NCBI GenBank assembly: GCA_021300535.1
Contig: JAJTED010000007.1
Span: 5,963 to 69,962, forward strand
Direction of reading: 5' to 3'
Length of the DNA: 64,000 bases
Origin: Planctomycetaceae bacterium
GTDB lineage: Bacteria > Planctomycetota > Planctomycetia > Pirellulales > UBA1268
How positions within the stretch are numbered: the first letter of the stretch is position 1; the number at the start of each line of letters is the position of its first letter. Shown here piece by piece: positions 42,343 to 50,903 of the stretch. The position numbers and the translations under genes were made by a program. The notes beneath the pieces were generated by a model. The model made no database searches. It worked only from the letters and a program-made list of their open reading frames with translations, and had not been told where the DNA came from.

Positions 42343-43397
42343 TCATCGTGTCCCTTCGGCCTGCAGTCGTCCGCGTCCTCAAATGCGTCGTTTCCCTGGT
42401 CGCCGTCGTGCTCGCGGCGGCACCCGCGGTCGCCGAGCAGGCGGCCGCGACGCCACTCGTGCCTGTGGCGCTCCTGCCCTTCCAAGATCGCGCCACCGAG
42501 GGGGCCGCGCCCCGTCCCGGCGGGCCGGTCGGCGACGGCGGCAAGGTCACCGACCTCCTGTTCGCGGAGCTGGTCGTCGAGCCCGCGCTGATGCTCATCG
42601 AGCGTGAGGACATCCGCAAGCTGCTCGACGAGCAGGAATTGAACCTCACGGGTCTGGCCAACCCCGCCACGGCGACCCGCGTCGGTCAGCTCACCGGCGC
42701 CAAGATCCTGATCGCCGGCTCCGTGTTCCGCGTCGACAACTCGCAGTATCTCGTCGCCAAGATCATCGGCACCGAGACCAGCCGCGTGCTCGGCGCGAGC
42801 GTCAAGGGCACGGCCCGCGACGACCTCGGAGGTCTGGCCGACCGTCTGGCCACGGAGATCGTCAAGGTGGTGACCGAGCGGGGGGGCGAGCTGCTGCCCA
42901 AGGTCGTGACCCGCGACGACCGGCTCGCGGATCTGAAAAAGGCGTTGCCGGCGGGGGAGCGGCCGACCCTGTTCGTGGAAATCAAGGAGCAGCACATCGC
43001 CCCGGTCGTGGCCATCGTCGCCGGGCCGGGGGGCCTGGTCGTCATCGATCCCGCGGCGGAGACGGAGATGACGCTGTTCGCGAAGGAGGCCGGCTTCGCG
43101 GTCGTCGACCCCAAGGAAGGCAAGCGGTCCGCGGCCGCGGTGCTCGTGCTCGGCGAGGCGATCAGCGAGCCCGCCGTGCGGCACGGGAACCTGATCTCGG
43201 CGAAGGCCAGGCTGGAGGTGAAGGCGGTCGATCAGGCCACGGGCAAGGTGCTGGCCATCGATCGGCAGACGACCGTGGCCACCGACCTCACCGAGCAGAT
43301 CGCCGCGAAGACGGCGCTGCAGGAGGCGTCGGCCTTGATCGCCGAGCGGCTGCTGCCGAAGATCGCGGGCTTCAGGCCGACGGAGCGGGCGCCCTGA
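42339..43397 (+). CDS. Secreted CsgG/LpoB/FlgO-like domain protein
   Basis: 352 aa with an ATGA overlap with the previous stop. Signal peptide 'VVSLVAVVLAAAPAVA'. 'VALLPFQDR...KVTDLLFAELVVEPALMLIEREDIRKLLDEQELNLTG...RVGQLTGAKILIAGSVF' matches the module found twice in the 1304-aa protein. Confidence 0.8.
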   Translation: MIIVSLRPAVVRVLKCVVSLVAVVLAAAPAVAEQAAATPLVPVALLPFQDRATEGAAPRPGGPVGDGGKVTDLLFAELVVEPALMLIEREDIRKLLDEQELNLTGLANPATATRVGQLTGAKILIAGSVFRVDNSQYLVAKIIGTETSRVLGASVKGTARDDLGGLADRLATEIVKVVTERGGELLPKVVTRDDRLADLKKALPAGERPTLFVEIKEQHIAPVVAIVAGPGGLVVIDPAAETEMTLFAKEAGFAVVDPKEGKRSAAAVLVLGEAISEPAVRHGNLISAKARLEVKAVDQATGKVLAIDRQTTVATDLTEQIAAKTALQEASALIAERLLPKIAGFRPTERAP

Positions 43398-43631
43398 GCC
43401 CGCCCGGCCCCGCGGAGCCGGCGTGAGCCTGGGTGCTCGCGGGACTGCCGGGAAGCCCGAATCGTCAGATGAGGGAATCCGCGTCGCTCCACCCGCAGCC
43501 AGGATGGCGAAGTGCAGCGGCGACTTTGGCCGCCCCCGAAGCCGGTGCTCCATCAAAGTCGAATGGGCGTAACCTACTCGCGGCTTGTGCTGTTGCGGGT
43601 TCTCCAGTCGTGGGCTCGGTTTGACATGCGC

Positions 43632-43798
43632 GAACGGCACAAAAAGCCCCCGGCGGGAGCCGGGGGACGCCGGGTTGCATCTCATCCCGGGTGCCATGCG
43701 ATGTGGGGTTGAACCGGGAAATCACGGTGCGTGATGCGGCATGGACGGCGGGATGGTTTTCACACCTGGAGTCCCCGGGTTGCCACCCGGGGCTTCTT
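43632..43798 (-). repeat. Hairpin-capped fold-back repeat family, locus 5 (single full copy)
   Basis: GAACGGCAC-AAAAAG-CCCCCGGC-ggga-GCCGGGGG-ACGCCGGG ... CCTGGAGT-CCCCGGGT-tgcc-ACCCGGGG-CTTCTT. Lies between convergent genes ending at 43397 (+) and 44267 (-). Confidence 0.9.
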
Positions 43799-43992
43799 GG
43801 GCCGGTGACGGGACCGATCGCCTGTGTACGGGTGGTCAAAACACGATTCGCCGAGGCAACACCAGTCCCAAGAGGCAGACTGGCTCAACGACGGGGCGAG
43901 AAGTGCGAGTTATGCCCAAGTCGAATGCGGTCTACCTGTGCGTGGACAAAACCCTCCATGGCACTGTTGTTCGGCACGAGGGTTGCGGTTTC

Positions 43993-44103
43993 TCCCTCTC
44001 CTTCTCCTTCTGGGAGAGGGGCGGGGTGAGGGTGCAGGCAATCGCCGCAGCTTCGGCAGCACCCTCACCCGGCCTCCGGACGGCCTCTCCCCGAGAGGAG
44101 AGG
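43993..44103. repeat. Composite of three GC-rich inverted repeats (structured intergenic element)
   Basis: Hairpin 1: ccctctc(43995-44000)...gagaggg(44014-44020). Hairpin 2: GGTGAGGGTGC (44025-44035) / GCACCCTCACC (44059-44069), with an inner gccg-cagctt-cggc. Hairpin 3: CCTCTCC (44084-44090) ccgaga GGAGAGG (44097-44103). Confidence 0.75.
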
Positions 44104-44266
44104 CGAGATCGGCGACGCTGCCGTCAAGCCGCACATGTCGTGCCGAACAGAGGTGCCTGCATGGCCTTTGTCCACGTGTTTGTCCCCTGGGCCGACCGGC
44201 GGAAACGCCAAGGGTTTCCCCGGCCGGCATGCCTCGCATCCTGCTCGGGCAGACTTGTTCCACATG

Positions 44267-45013
44267 CTACGAGTCGCCGGTGTGGCTCTCCCGGTCGTCC
44301 GCGGGATTCTCCGTCACGCTCTCGATTCGCCCGTCCCGCAGCCGCACCACCCGGCGGGCCCGGGCGGCGATGTCGGGCTCGTGGGTCACCAGCACGATCG
44401 TACGGCCGGCGCGGTTGAGGGCGGCGAGCATGTCCATGATCTCGTGGCTGGTCGCCGTGTCGAGATTGCCCGTCGGCTCGTCGGCGAGGATGAGCGCGGG
44501 ATTGTTGACCAGGGCCCGCGCGATCGCCACCCGCTGCTGCTGACCGCCGGAAAGCTGGGTCGGCCGGTGGCCGAGTCGATCGGCCAAGCCCACCAGCCGG
44601 GCCAGCGCCAGGCAGCGGCCGTGGTCGCCCGGCTGCCTGGGCCGATAGGCCAGCGGCAGCGCGATGTTTTCCACCACGCTCAGTTGCGGGATCAGGTTAT
44701 ACGATTGGAAAACGAAGCCCAGCGTGCGGCCGCGAACGCGGGAGAGCGCCGCATCGTCGAGCCGGGCCACATCCCGCCCCGCCAGCACGTAGCTTCCGGA
44801 GGTCGGCCGGTCGAGGCAGCCGAGCACGTTCAAGAGCGTGCTCTTGCCCGAGCCCGACGACCCCATGATCGCCACGAAGTCGCCGCGCCGCAGATCGAGC
44901 GACACGCGGTCGAGGGCCCGCACCTCCTGCCCCTCGAGCCGGTAGAGCTTCGACACGTCGCGGATGCTGGCCACGACGTCCGCTCCCTGTGCGACGGCGG
45001 CCGGTTCACTCAT
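44267..45013 (-). CDS. ABC transporter ATP-binding protein (MacB/LolD-type)
   Basis: Walker A 'GSSGSGKSTLLN', Q-loop 'FVFQSYNLIP', signature 'LSGGQQQRVAIARAL', Walker B 'ILADEPTGNLD', 'VLVTHE'. Confidence 0.93.
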   Translation of the reverse strand: MSEPAAVAQGADVVASIRDVSKLYRLEGQEVRALDRVSLDLRRGDFVAIMGSSGSGKSTLLNVLGCLDRPTSGSYVLAGRDVARLDDAALSRVRGRTLGFVFQSYNLIPQLSVVENIALPLAYRPRQPGDHGRCLALARLVGLADRLGHRPTQLSGGQQQRVAIARALVNNPALILADEPTGNLDTATSHEIMDMLAALNRAGRTIVLVTHEPDIAARARRVVRLRDGRIESVTENPADDRESHTGDS

Positions 45014-46331
45014 GGCGAAGCGCCTCGATCGGGTCCAGGGCGGCCGCCCGCCGGGCTGGATAGAGGCCGAACACGATCCCTAAGCCGACTGAGATCGCAA
45101 ACGCGACCGCGATCGACCAGGGCACGAGCGGCGGGTCGAGGCCGCGGATGTCGGGCGGCAGCGCGGCCCAGACCCGCGGCAGCAACGACTCCACGCCCCG
45201 GAGTGCCAGCGCCACCGCCGGCCGGCAGAGAAACCCGGCCGCCACGCCGAGCAGGCCGCCGGCGCCGGAGAGCACGATCGTCTCGCAGAGAAACTGCCGG
45301 ATGATCTCCCCCCGCGTGGCCCCCAGGGCCCGCCGGATGCCGATCTCCCGCGTCCGCTCGGTGACCGTGGCGAGCATGATGTTCATGATCCCGATCCCTC
45401 CCACGAGCAACGAGATGCCGGCGATGACGAGGAGCAGGACGTTGAACATCATCCGCACCGTCTTCGCCTGCTCGAGCAGTTCCTGGGGCACGACCACGGC
45501 GTAGTCCTCGGTCTTGTGATACCGCTTGAGCAGGTCGCGAATCATGTCGGCGGTCGCCGGCACCCGCGCCAGGTCGGCGAGGACGACCGTGATCTGGTCG
45601 AGCTCCACCGTCTCGGCGGTCCAGGAGCCCTGCTGCTCGGCGACAATCCGATCTCCGATCCGGGCCCGGAACGTGGAGAGCGGGAGGTAGACATCGCGGT
45701 CGAACTGCCGCGCCGCGAGGCTGCCGCCGATGGCCGCCGCAGCGGTTCGCGGGGCGGCCACGCCGACCACCACGTAGAACTCCTGTCCCACCAGCACGGC
45801 CGCGCCGAGCGGATCGTCGATGGGAAACAGCCGTTCGGCCACCTCGTGGGCCAGCACGACCACGTTGTCGCAGCGGTCGAGGTCATGGTCGGAGAGCCCG
45901 CGGCCGCGGGCGATCGCGAGCTTGTTGGCCGCGAAGTAGTCCGGCGTGCAGCCGATCACGACGCCGTCGAGTGCCCGCTCGCCGCACCGCACCTCCCGGC
46001 TGATCTGCCGCAGCGGCACCGCCCGCACCAGTCCCGGAACGTTGGTGCGGATCCGGTCCTCATCGGCCCGCAGCAGACCGTAGGCGATGCCGAACCCATC
46101 GCTGGCTTTCTCGTTCGGGTCGGAGGGCGGCTTGATGCTCCGCACGATGATGCTCGTGGCGCCGAGGGCCTCGATCTGCCGCTGAGCCTGGATGGCGACC
46201 CCCTCACCCATGGCCACCAACCAGATCACGGCCGTGACGCCGATCAGGATCCCGAGCACCGCCAGCGCCGAGCGGAGCTTGTGCAGCAGCAGGCTGCGAA
46301 CCCCGGCCCGCAACTGCTGCCAGATGCTCAC
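45006..46331 (-). CDS. ABC transporter permease (MacB-like periplasmic core + FtsX domain)
   Basis: 441 aa. N-terminal TM 'ALAVLGILIGVTAVIWLV', a large periplasmic domain, and a C-terminal FtsX-type bundle with 'TERTREIGIRRALGATRGEIIRQFL'. 8-nt overlap with the ATPase gene. Confidence 0.9.
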   Translation of the reverse strand: MSIWQQLRAGVRSLLLHKLRSALAVLGILIGVTAVIWLVAMGEGVAIQAQRQIEALGATSIIVRSIKPPSDPNEKASDGFGIAYGLLRADEDRIRTNVPGLVRAVPLRQISREVRCGERALDGVVIGCTPDYFAANKLAIARGRGLSDHDLDRCDNVVVLAHEVAERLFPIDDPLGAAVLVGQEFYVVVGVAAPRTAAAAIGGSLAARQFDRDVYLPLSTFRARIGDRIVAEQQGSWTAETVELDQITVVLADLARVPATADMIRDLLKRYHKTEDYAVVVPQELLEQAKTVRMMFNVLLLVIAGISLLVGGIGIMNIMLATVTERTREIGIRRALGATRGEIIRQFLCETIVLSGAGGLLGVAAGFLCRPAVALALRGVESLLPRVWAALPPDIRGLDPPLVPWSIAVAFAISVGLGIVFGLYPARRAAALDPIEALRHE

Positions 46332-47872
46332 GACCGCGCGGCGGCCGGTGTCCGCAGGCCCGGATTCGCCCCTCCGTCGCCATGGTGGTCCCTGGTTGGG
46401 TTGCCATCGCCCTCGGGCAGAGCGTCGCCGAGCACCGCCCGGGGATTGAGGAGCACCACCTCCCCGGGCTCGAGGCCCGACGTGATCTCGACAAACGCCT
46501 CGCTGGCCTCCCCCAGCTTCACGGTCCGCCGCTCGACTCCCCCGGCCTTCTGCACGGCACAGACATGGCTGCCCCGCTGCTCGGCGACCGCCGCCACGGG
46601 CACGGCGATCACGGCCTCGAGTGCGGCGACCACGATCTCCACCTCCGCCGTCAGGCCCGGCCGCAACAGCGGCGACTGGTCGTCTATCTTGACCCGGACC
46701 TCGTACCGCTTGGCGGTGTCCATGTATCCGGTGGAGTTGGGCCGGGTGGCGACTTTCGTCACACTGCCGGTGAACTGGTTGCCCTGCACATCGATCCGGG
46801 CCCGCATGCCCGGGCGGATCTTCTCGACCCGCGATTCATGCACGCCCACGTCCGCCCGCATGGTGCTCAAGTCGGGCAACTGCAGGATCGTCTGGGCCTC
46901 GTTGACCTTGGCTCCGATCTTGATGCCGCCGTCGCGATCCCAGCGTGGCGTCGGCGGATAGATCACGACCCCGTCCTTGGGGGCCGTAATCCGGCACTTC
47001 GCCAGTTGCTGTTCAAGCCGTTCGAGCTTCAACGTCTCGAGCGTCAGTGCCGCCGTCTCGCTCTCCTTCTTGGCGGCATTGGCATCCCGCTTGCTTTCGA
47101 GTTCCGTCATCATCTTCGGCTTCGTAAACCGTTCGAGGACGTCGAGGGCGATCGTGGCGGTGTCTTCGTCGAGCTTCGCCCGCTCGGCTGCCGACTTGTG
47201 CTTCTCGAGCTCCTGCGGCGTGATGTAGCCCTTGCGAAACATCTTCTCGAAGTGGGTGACGAGGTTGCGGTTCGCCTGGAGCCGCTCGCGGGCCCCGGTG
47301 AGATCCGACCGCAGCTTGTGCTGCTCCTTGCGAAAGGTGCCCTCGGCATACTCCTCGACGGCGATGACCGCCGCCGCATGGTCCTTCTCGGCCTGGATCT
47401 GCGCGGCCCGCGCCTTCTCCAGCGCGATTTTCTGGGCGGTGAGATCTTCCGAAATCTTCGCCGAGTCGAGCACGACAATCGTGTCGCCAACCTTCACCTG
47501 GGAGCCATCGGCCACGAGCTCGATGATCGTCGAGCCCCCCCTGACATCGCAGCGGATGTCGACGTTTTCGTCGCTGGACAGCGTCGCGGTCTCGGTGACG
47601 GAGATCGTCAGGTCTTGCCGGGCGACGGTATGGGAGGGGTGATTGGCAAACGGGTCACGGGCGGCGCCGGAATCGAAGCGGGCCAGAATCGCGGGCGTGG
47701 CCGCCGCCAGTCCGCCGGCCGCGGCCAGGATCGCCAGCAGCCGCCACGGCATCCGCCGGTGTGCCGCCGGCTCGGCCACGGGCGGGCCGTCGAGGATCGC
47801 GGCGATGGCGTTCGCGGGGATCGCCACCGCGGGTCGCGACTGCACGCTCGATTCCGCGATCGCATCTGCCAT
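46328..47872 (-). CDS. Efflux transporter periplasmic adaptor (HlyD/MacA family)
   Basis: 514 aa. TM anchor 'WRLLAILAAAGGLAAA', lipoyl motif 'ELVADGSQVKVGDTIVVLD', a long coiled coil, then 'ITAPKDGVVIY' and the beta-barrel/MPD region. 4-nt overlap with the permease gene. Confidence 0.9.
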   Translation of the reverse strand: MADAIAESSVQSRPAVAIPANAIAAILDGPPVAEPAAHRRMPWRLLAILAAAGGLAAATPAILARFDSGAARDPFANHPSHTVARQDLTISVTETATLSSDENVDIRCDVRGGSTIIELVADGSQVKVGDTIVVLDSAKISEDLTAQKIALEKARAAQIQAEKDHAAAVIAVEEYAEGTFRKEQHKLRSDLTGARERLQANRNLVTHFEKMFRKGYITPQELEKHKSAAERAKLDEDTATIALDVLERFTKPKMMTELESKRDANAAKKESETAALTLETLKLERLEQQLAKCRITAPKDGVVIYPPTPRWDRDGGIKIGAKVNEAQTILQLPDLSTMRADVGVHESRVEKIRPGMRARIDVQGNQFTGSVTKVATRPNSTGYMDTAKRYEVRVKIDDQSPLLRPGLTAEVEIVVAALEAVIAVPVAAVAEQRGSHVCAVQKAGGVERRTVKLGEASEAFVEITSGLEPGEVVLLNPRAVLGDALPEGDGNPTRDHHGDGGANPGLRTPAAARS

Positions 47873-47905
47873 GGGGGGCCTTTCGGAGGCGTTGCGAGGC
47901 TGCGT

Positions 47906-50731
47906 TTAGTCTAGCGTGTCGGCGGCCGGCGCTGGCAGCGGCTCGGCGGCGGGCTTTCCTGCCGCCGGAGGCTTCCCGTCGGCGTCGGCGCCGAGCGGCG
48001 GCGGCGACTTCACCTCCTCCAAATGGTCGAGCCACTCCTGCGGCACCGGGGGCGGGAGTTCCAGGTCCTCGCCTGTCGCGTCGTCGGCGCGGCACAGCGG
48101 CTTGTCGATCCAGAGCCCGTCGTCGGCGAGTTCCATCACGCCCAGTTCCCGCGCCAACACCGCCCGCGTCTGGTAGTACCGCAGCCACACGCTCGTCAGG
48201 GCATCCTGGCTGTTGCGGAGGGCATCCGTGGCGGTGACGTAGTTGATGATCGTCGTGGGGCCGAGCCGGTCAGTGGCCGGCTGGGGGGCACCCGTGCCGT
48301 CGGCGGCGGGCGGGGGGGGAGGCGGCGCCGGCTGCCCGAGCGTGAGCCGCGTCTCGTCAACGCGGCGGACGGCGATGATGACCGCCCGGCGCTGCGTCTC
48401 GAGATTCAGCCGGTCGAGCTCCAGCTGCCGGAGCAGCTGCCGGAGATTGAGCTTGACCTGATCCTCGAACCGGATCTGCCGGCGCCGCTGCTGCTGGTAC
48501 TGGAGAATGGCCTGCCGCCAGCTGTTGCGTTCTTGCAGCCGGGTGAGCGGCGGGTCGAACTGCACGCCCGCCGAGAGCGAGCCGGTGGGGGCGCGAAAGC
48601 GGGCCGCGTTGTTACCCGTCGTCGAGATGTCCCCCTCCAGCTTGAGATCGAGGTCCGCGAGCAACTTGACGGCGTTGTATTGAATGAGCCGCCACTGGTC
48701 CACGAGCGCGGCCCGGGTGTTCATCCAGTCGAGCCGGTTGGCTCGGGCAATCTCGAACGCCATGTCGGGGTCGAGCTGCTCTGGGGTCACGCCAATCGCT
48801 TCGACCCGGGCCCGGGCCTGGATCAGCGACATCTCGTCGACGGCCCCCGAGATCTCGGACACGAGCGCGACGACCTTGTCGGCCGTGTCGCGGAGCCTGG
48901 TTTCGGTCGGCTGTCCCGCGGGCTCGAGCCGCTTGATCTCCTCGTCGGCCCTGCGGATCCGGGCCAGCAACTCCGCGAGGTCGTCGGCCAGGATGCGCAT
49001 CTCGCGGTCGAACGCCTTCCGTTCGGCGGGCTGCATGCCGGCCAGCCGCCCCGCCGCCTGCGTGGCCGCCCGCTCGAGGTCGCCGTTCACGGCGGCGGCC
49101 TGCGCCTCGACGCGGCCGCGGAGTTCGCCGAGCCTGGCGATGCCCGTGCGGATCAGTTCCCGATCGGCCTCGTCCTCGCGGGCGTCGCGGGCCGCGGCTG
49201 CATCGCGATTGTCTTCGGTCGCATCGGCCGGCGCGGGCAGTTCAAGCGGCCCGGGGGGATCCTTGGTCCGCGGATCCTCCGTCGCCTCGAGCGGCTCGTT
49301 CTCGCCGCCGGTTTCTGCGGCGAGCAAGGTGCCGAGCTCTTTCTGCAGGGCCAGCAACGGCGGGCTGACGAACTGGAACGCCGCGAGAAACGACTCGTCG
49401 AGGGCCACCGGTGTGTCGGAGGGGATGGAGAGCGTGGTGACCTTGTAGGCTTCCACGCGGTCGGTGAGCTGCGTCTTTGCTGTCGCCAGGTTCGCCCGGT
49501 TCGTCTGCACGTTCTGCCGGAGCTGGTCGACCTGCACGAGATCGATCTGGCCGGCGTCGAGCTGGGCCTCCATTTTCACGAGCGACCGCTCCTGGTCGGC
49601 GAGCAGTTGCTCGAGATTGCGGATCCGCTGCCGGGACTGCAGCAGTCCGAAAAACCCTCCCAGGTTGCCGACATCCCCGCCGGCGACGCCCACGCCTCCA
49701 CCGCCTCCGCCGGCTCCAGGAAACCCGAGCAGGCCGCCGCCGAAGAACGTGCCGCCGACGTTGCCAAAACCGCCGATGCCGGTGCCGGTGAATCCCTCGA
49801 AGCCCGTGCCGCCGAAGAACCCGCCGCGCCGCTGAACGCCTGCGCCCGCCGGAATACCGAAGGCGACGTTGAGGAAGAATCCCTGCCGGTAGAACTGCAG
49901 CGACCGGAGGTTGTAGAGGAGCGTCCGCTCGACGATGGTGAGCGGCTCGAGGGCCCAGGCTCGGCCGGCCCGGCGGAGCAGCGGCTGCACGAGGTTGAAG
50001 TTTACGAGCGAGACGTTGCGATACCGATCCGGCCCCGCGAACTGCCACATGATCGAGTTCGCGACCCCGACGACGAGCTGGCCGGCGGTCGCAAAATATT
50101 TTCGGGCCTGCAGGTTCGTGTCGGTGCTCCAGGTCGTGGACGGTCCGCCAGCCCCGAGGGGCCCGATGGTGCGATAGCGGGTGGCATTGCCGCCGTAGAA
50201 CTGCACGTCGAACGCGAAGCGTTCGGTGCTGACGTCGAGGGCCGAGAGGTAGAGTTCCTCCTGTTCGTTCTGCCAGTCGATCGAGTTCAGGTAGGCGAGC
50301 CGGAGGGCCGAGTCGAGCGTGAGCTTGACGGCTCCCGAATCCGTGAGCTCGACCACTTCGGAGAGCCGTGCCCGCCAGTCTGGATTGTCGAGCGTGGTGC
50401 GGTCGCCGTTGGCGTGCCACCGTGGCCAGCCCTTCTTGCCGTCCACGCAGTGCATGTAGCGATGGGCCGTGGGATCGTCCGGCGGCATCGGCGGCTTGAT
50501 CTGGCTATAGGCGTCGTAGAACCGGCTCCGCTCATCCTGGCGGACGTTGTAGTTCGCCGGCAGGTTCCACCGCGGGTCGCAGGATTTTTCCGCGAGCAGC
50601 GTGCTCACCTCGCGGTCGGCCTGGGCATAGAAGCGGCCGCGGGTGCAGCCGGAAGCCGCGCAGGCGGCCAGGGCCGCGAGTGCGGCGGCCACCCTGTGGT
50701 TGTGTCGGCCGTCCTCATATGGATCGGCCAA
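47906..50731 (-). CDS. Outer-membrane efflux protein (TolC-like), unusually long, with Gly/Phe-rich insert
   Basis: 941 aa. Lipoprotein-like 'ALAALAACAASGC'. OEP-type helices 'LTLDSALRLAYLNSIDWQNEQEELYLSALDVS' and 'MAFEIARANRLDWMNTRAALVDQWRLIQ'. Insert 'GGFFGGTGFEGFTGTGIGGFGNVGGTFFGGGLLGFPGAGGGGGGVGVAGGDVGNLGGFFG' is encoded at ~49640-49861. First gene of the MacAB-type operon. Confidence 0.8.
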   Translation of the reverse strand: MADPYEDGRHNHRVAAALAALAACAASGCTRGRFYAQADREVSTLLAEKSCDPRWNLPANYNVRQDERSRFYDAYSQIKPPMPPDDPTAHRYMHCVDGKKGWPRWHANGDRTTLDNPDWRARLSEVVELTDSGAVKLTLDSALRLAYLNSIDWQNEQEELYLSALDVSTERFAFDVQFYGGNATRYRTIGPLGAGGPSTTWSTDTNLQARKYFATAGQLVVGVANSIMWQFAGPDRYRNVSLVNFNLVQPLLRRAGRAWALEPLTIVERTLLYNLRSLQFYRQGFFLNVAFGIPAGAGVQRRGGFFGGTGFEGFTGTGIGGFGNVGGTFFGGGLLGFPGAGGGGGGVGVAGGDVGNLGGFFGLLQSRQRIRNLEQLLADQERSLVKMEAQLDAGQIDLVQVDQLRQNVQTNRANLATAKTQLTDRVEAYKVTTLSIPSDTPVALDESFLAAFQFVSPPLLALQKELGTLLAAETGGENEPLEATEDPRTKDPPGPLELPAPADATEDNRDAAAARDAREDEADRELIRTGIARLGELRGRVEAQAAAVNGDLERAATQAAGRLAGMQPAERKAFDREMRILADDLAELLARIRRADEEIKRLEPAGQPTETRLRDTADKVVALVSEISGAVDEMSLIQARARVEAIGVTPEQLDPDMAFEIARANRLDWMNTRAALVDQWRLIQYNAVKLLADLDLKLEGDISTTGNNAARFRAPTGSLSAGVQFDPPLTRLQERNSWRQAILQYQQQRRRQIRFEDQVKLNLRQLLRQLELDRLNLETQRRAVIIAVRRVDETRLTLGQPAPPPPPPAADGTGAPQPATDRLGPTTIINYVTATDALRNSQDALTSVWLRYYQTRAVLARELGVMELADDGLWIDKPLCRADDATGEDLELPPPVPQEWLDHLEEVKSPPPLGADADGKPPAAGKPAAEPLPAPAADTLD

Positions 50732-50903
50732 AAGCGGGGCGAAACTTTACCGGATATGCAGGCTGGGCGGCGGGGGTGGTTTGCGGTGCTCGGCCGTAGG
50801 CTTTTCTCAGGCCGCACAGGCCTCCCAGCCGATATTTTCGGCATGGTGTGTGTGGCCGACTCCGCCCGGGGTCCATGCGCACGAAAGCCCGGTACACGCC
50901 CCG

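Noticed and set aside
43554-43940. 'aagtcgaatg..' motifs (43555-43577 and 43917-43940) on either side of repeat locus 5, as a possible target-site duplication
   Set aside because: Only ~11 nt are identical, the rest diverges, and the two sites are 75 and 120 nt away from the element ends rather than abutting them. No equivalent flanking duplication is seen at the other four loci.
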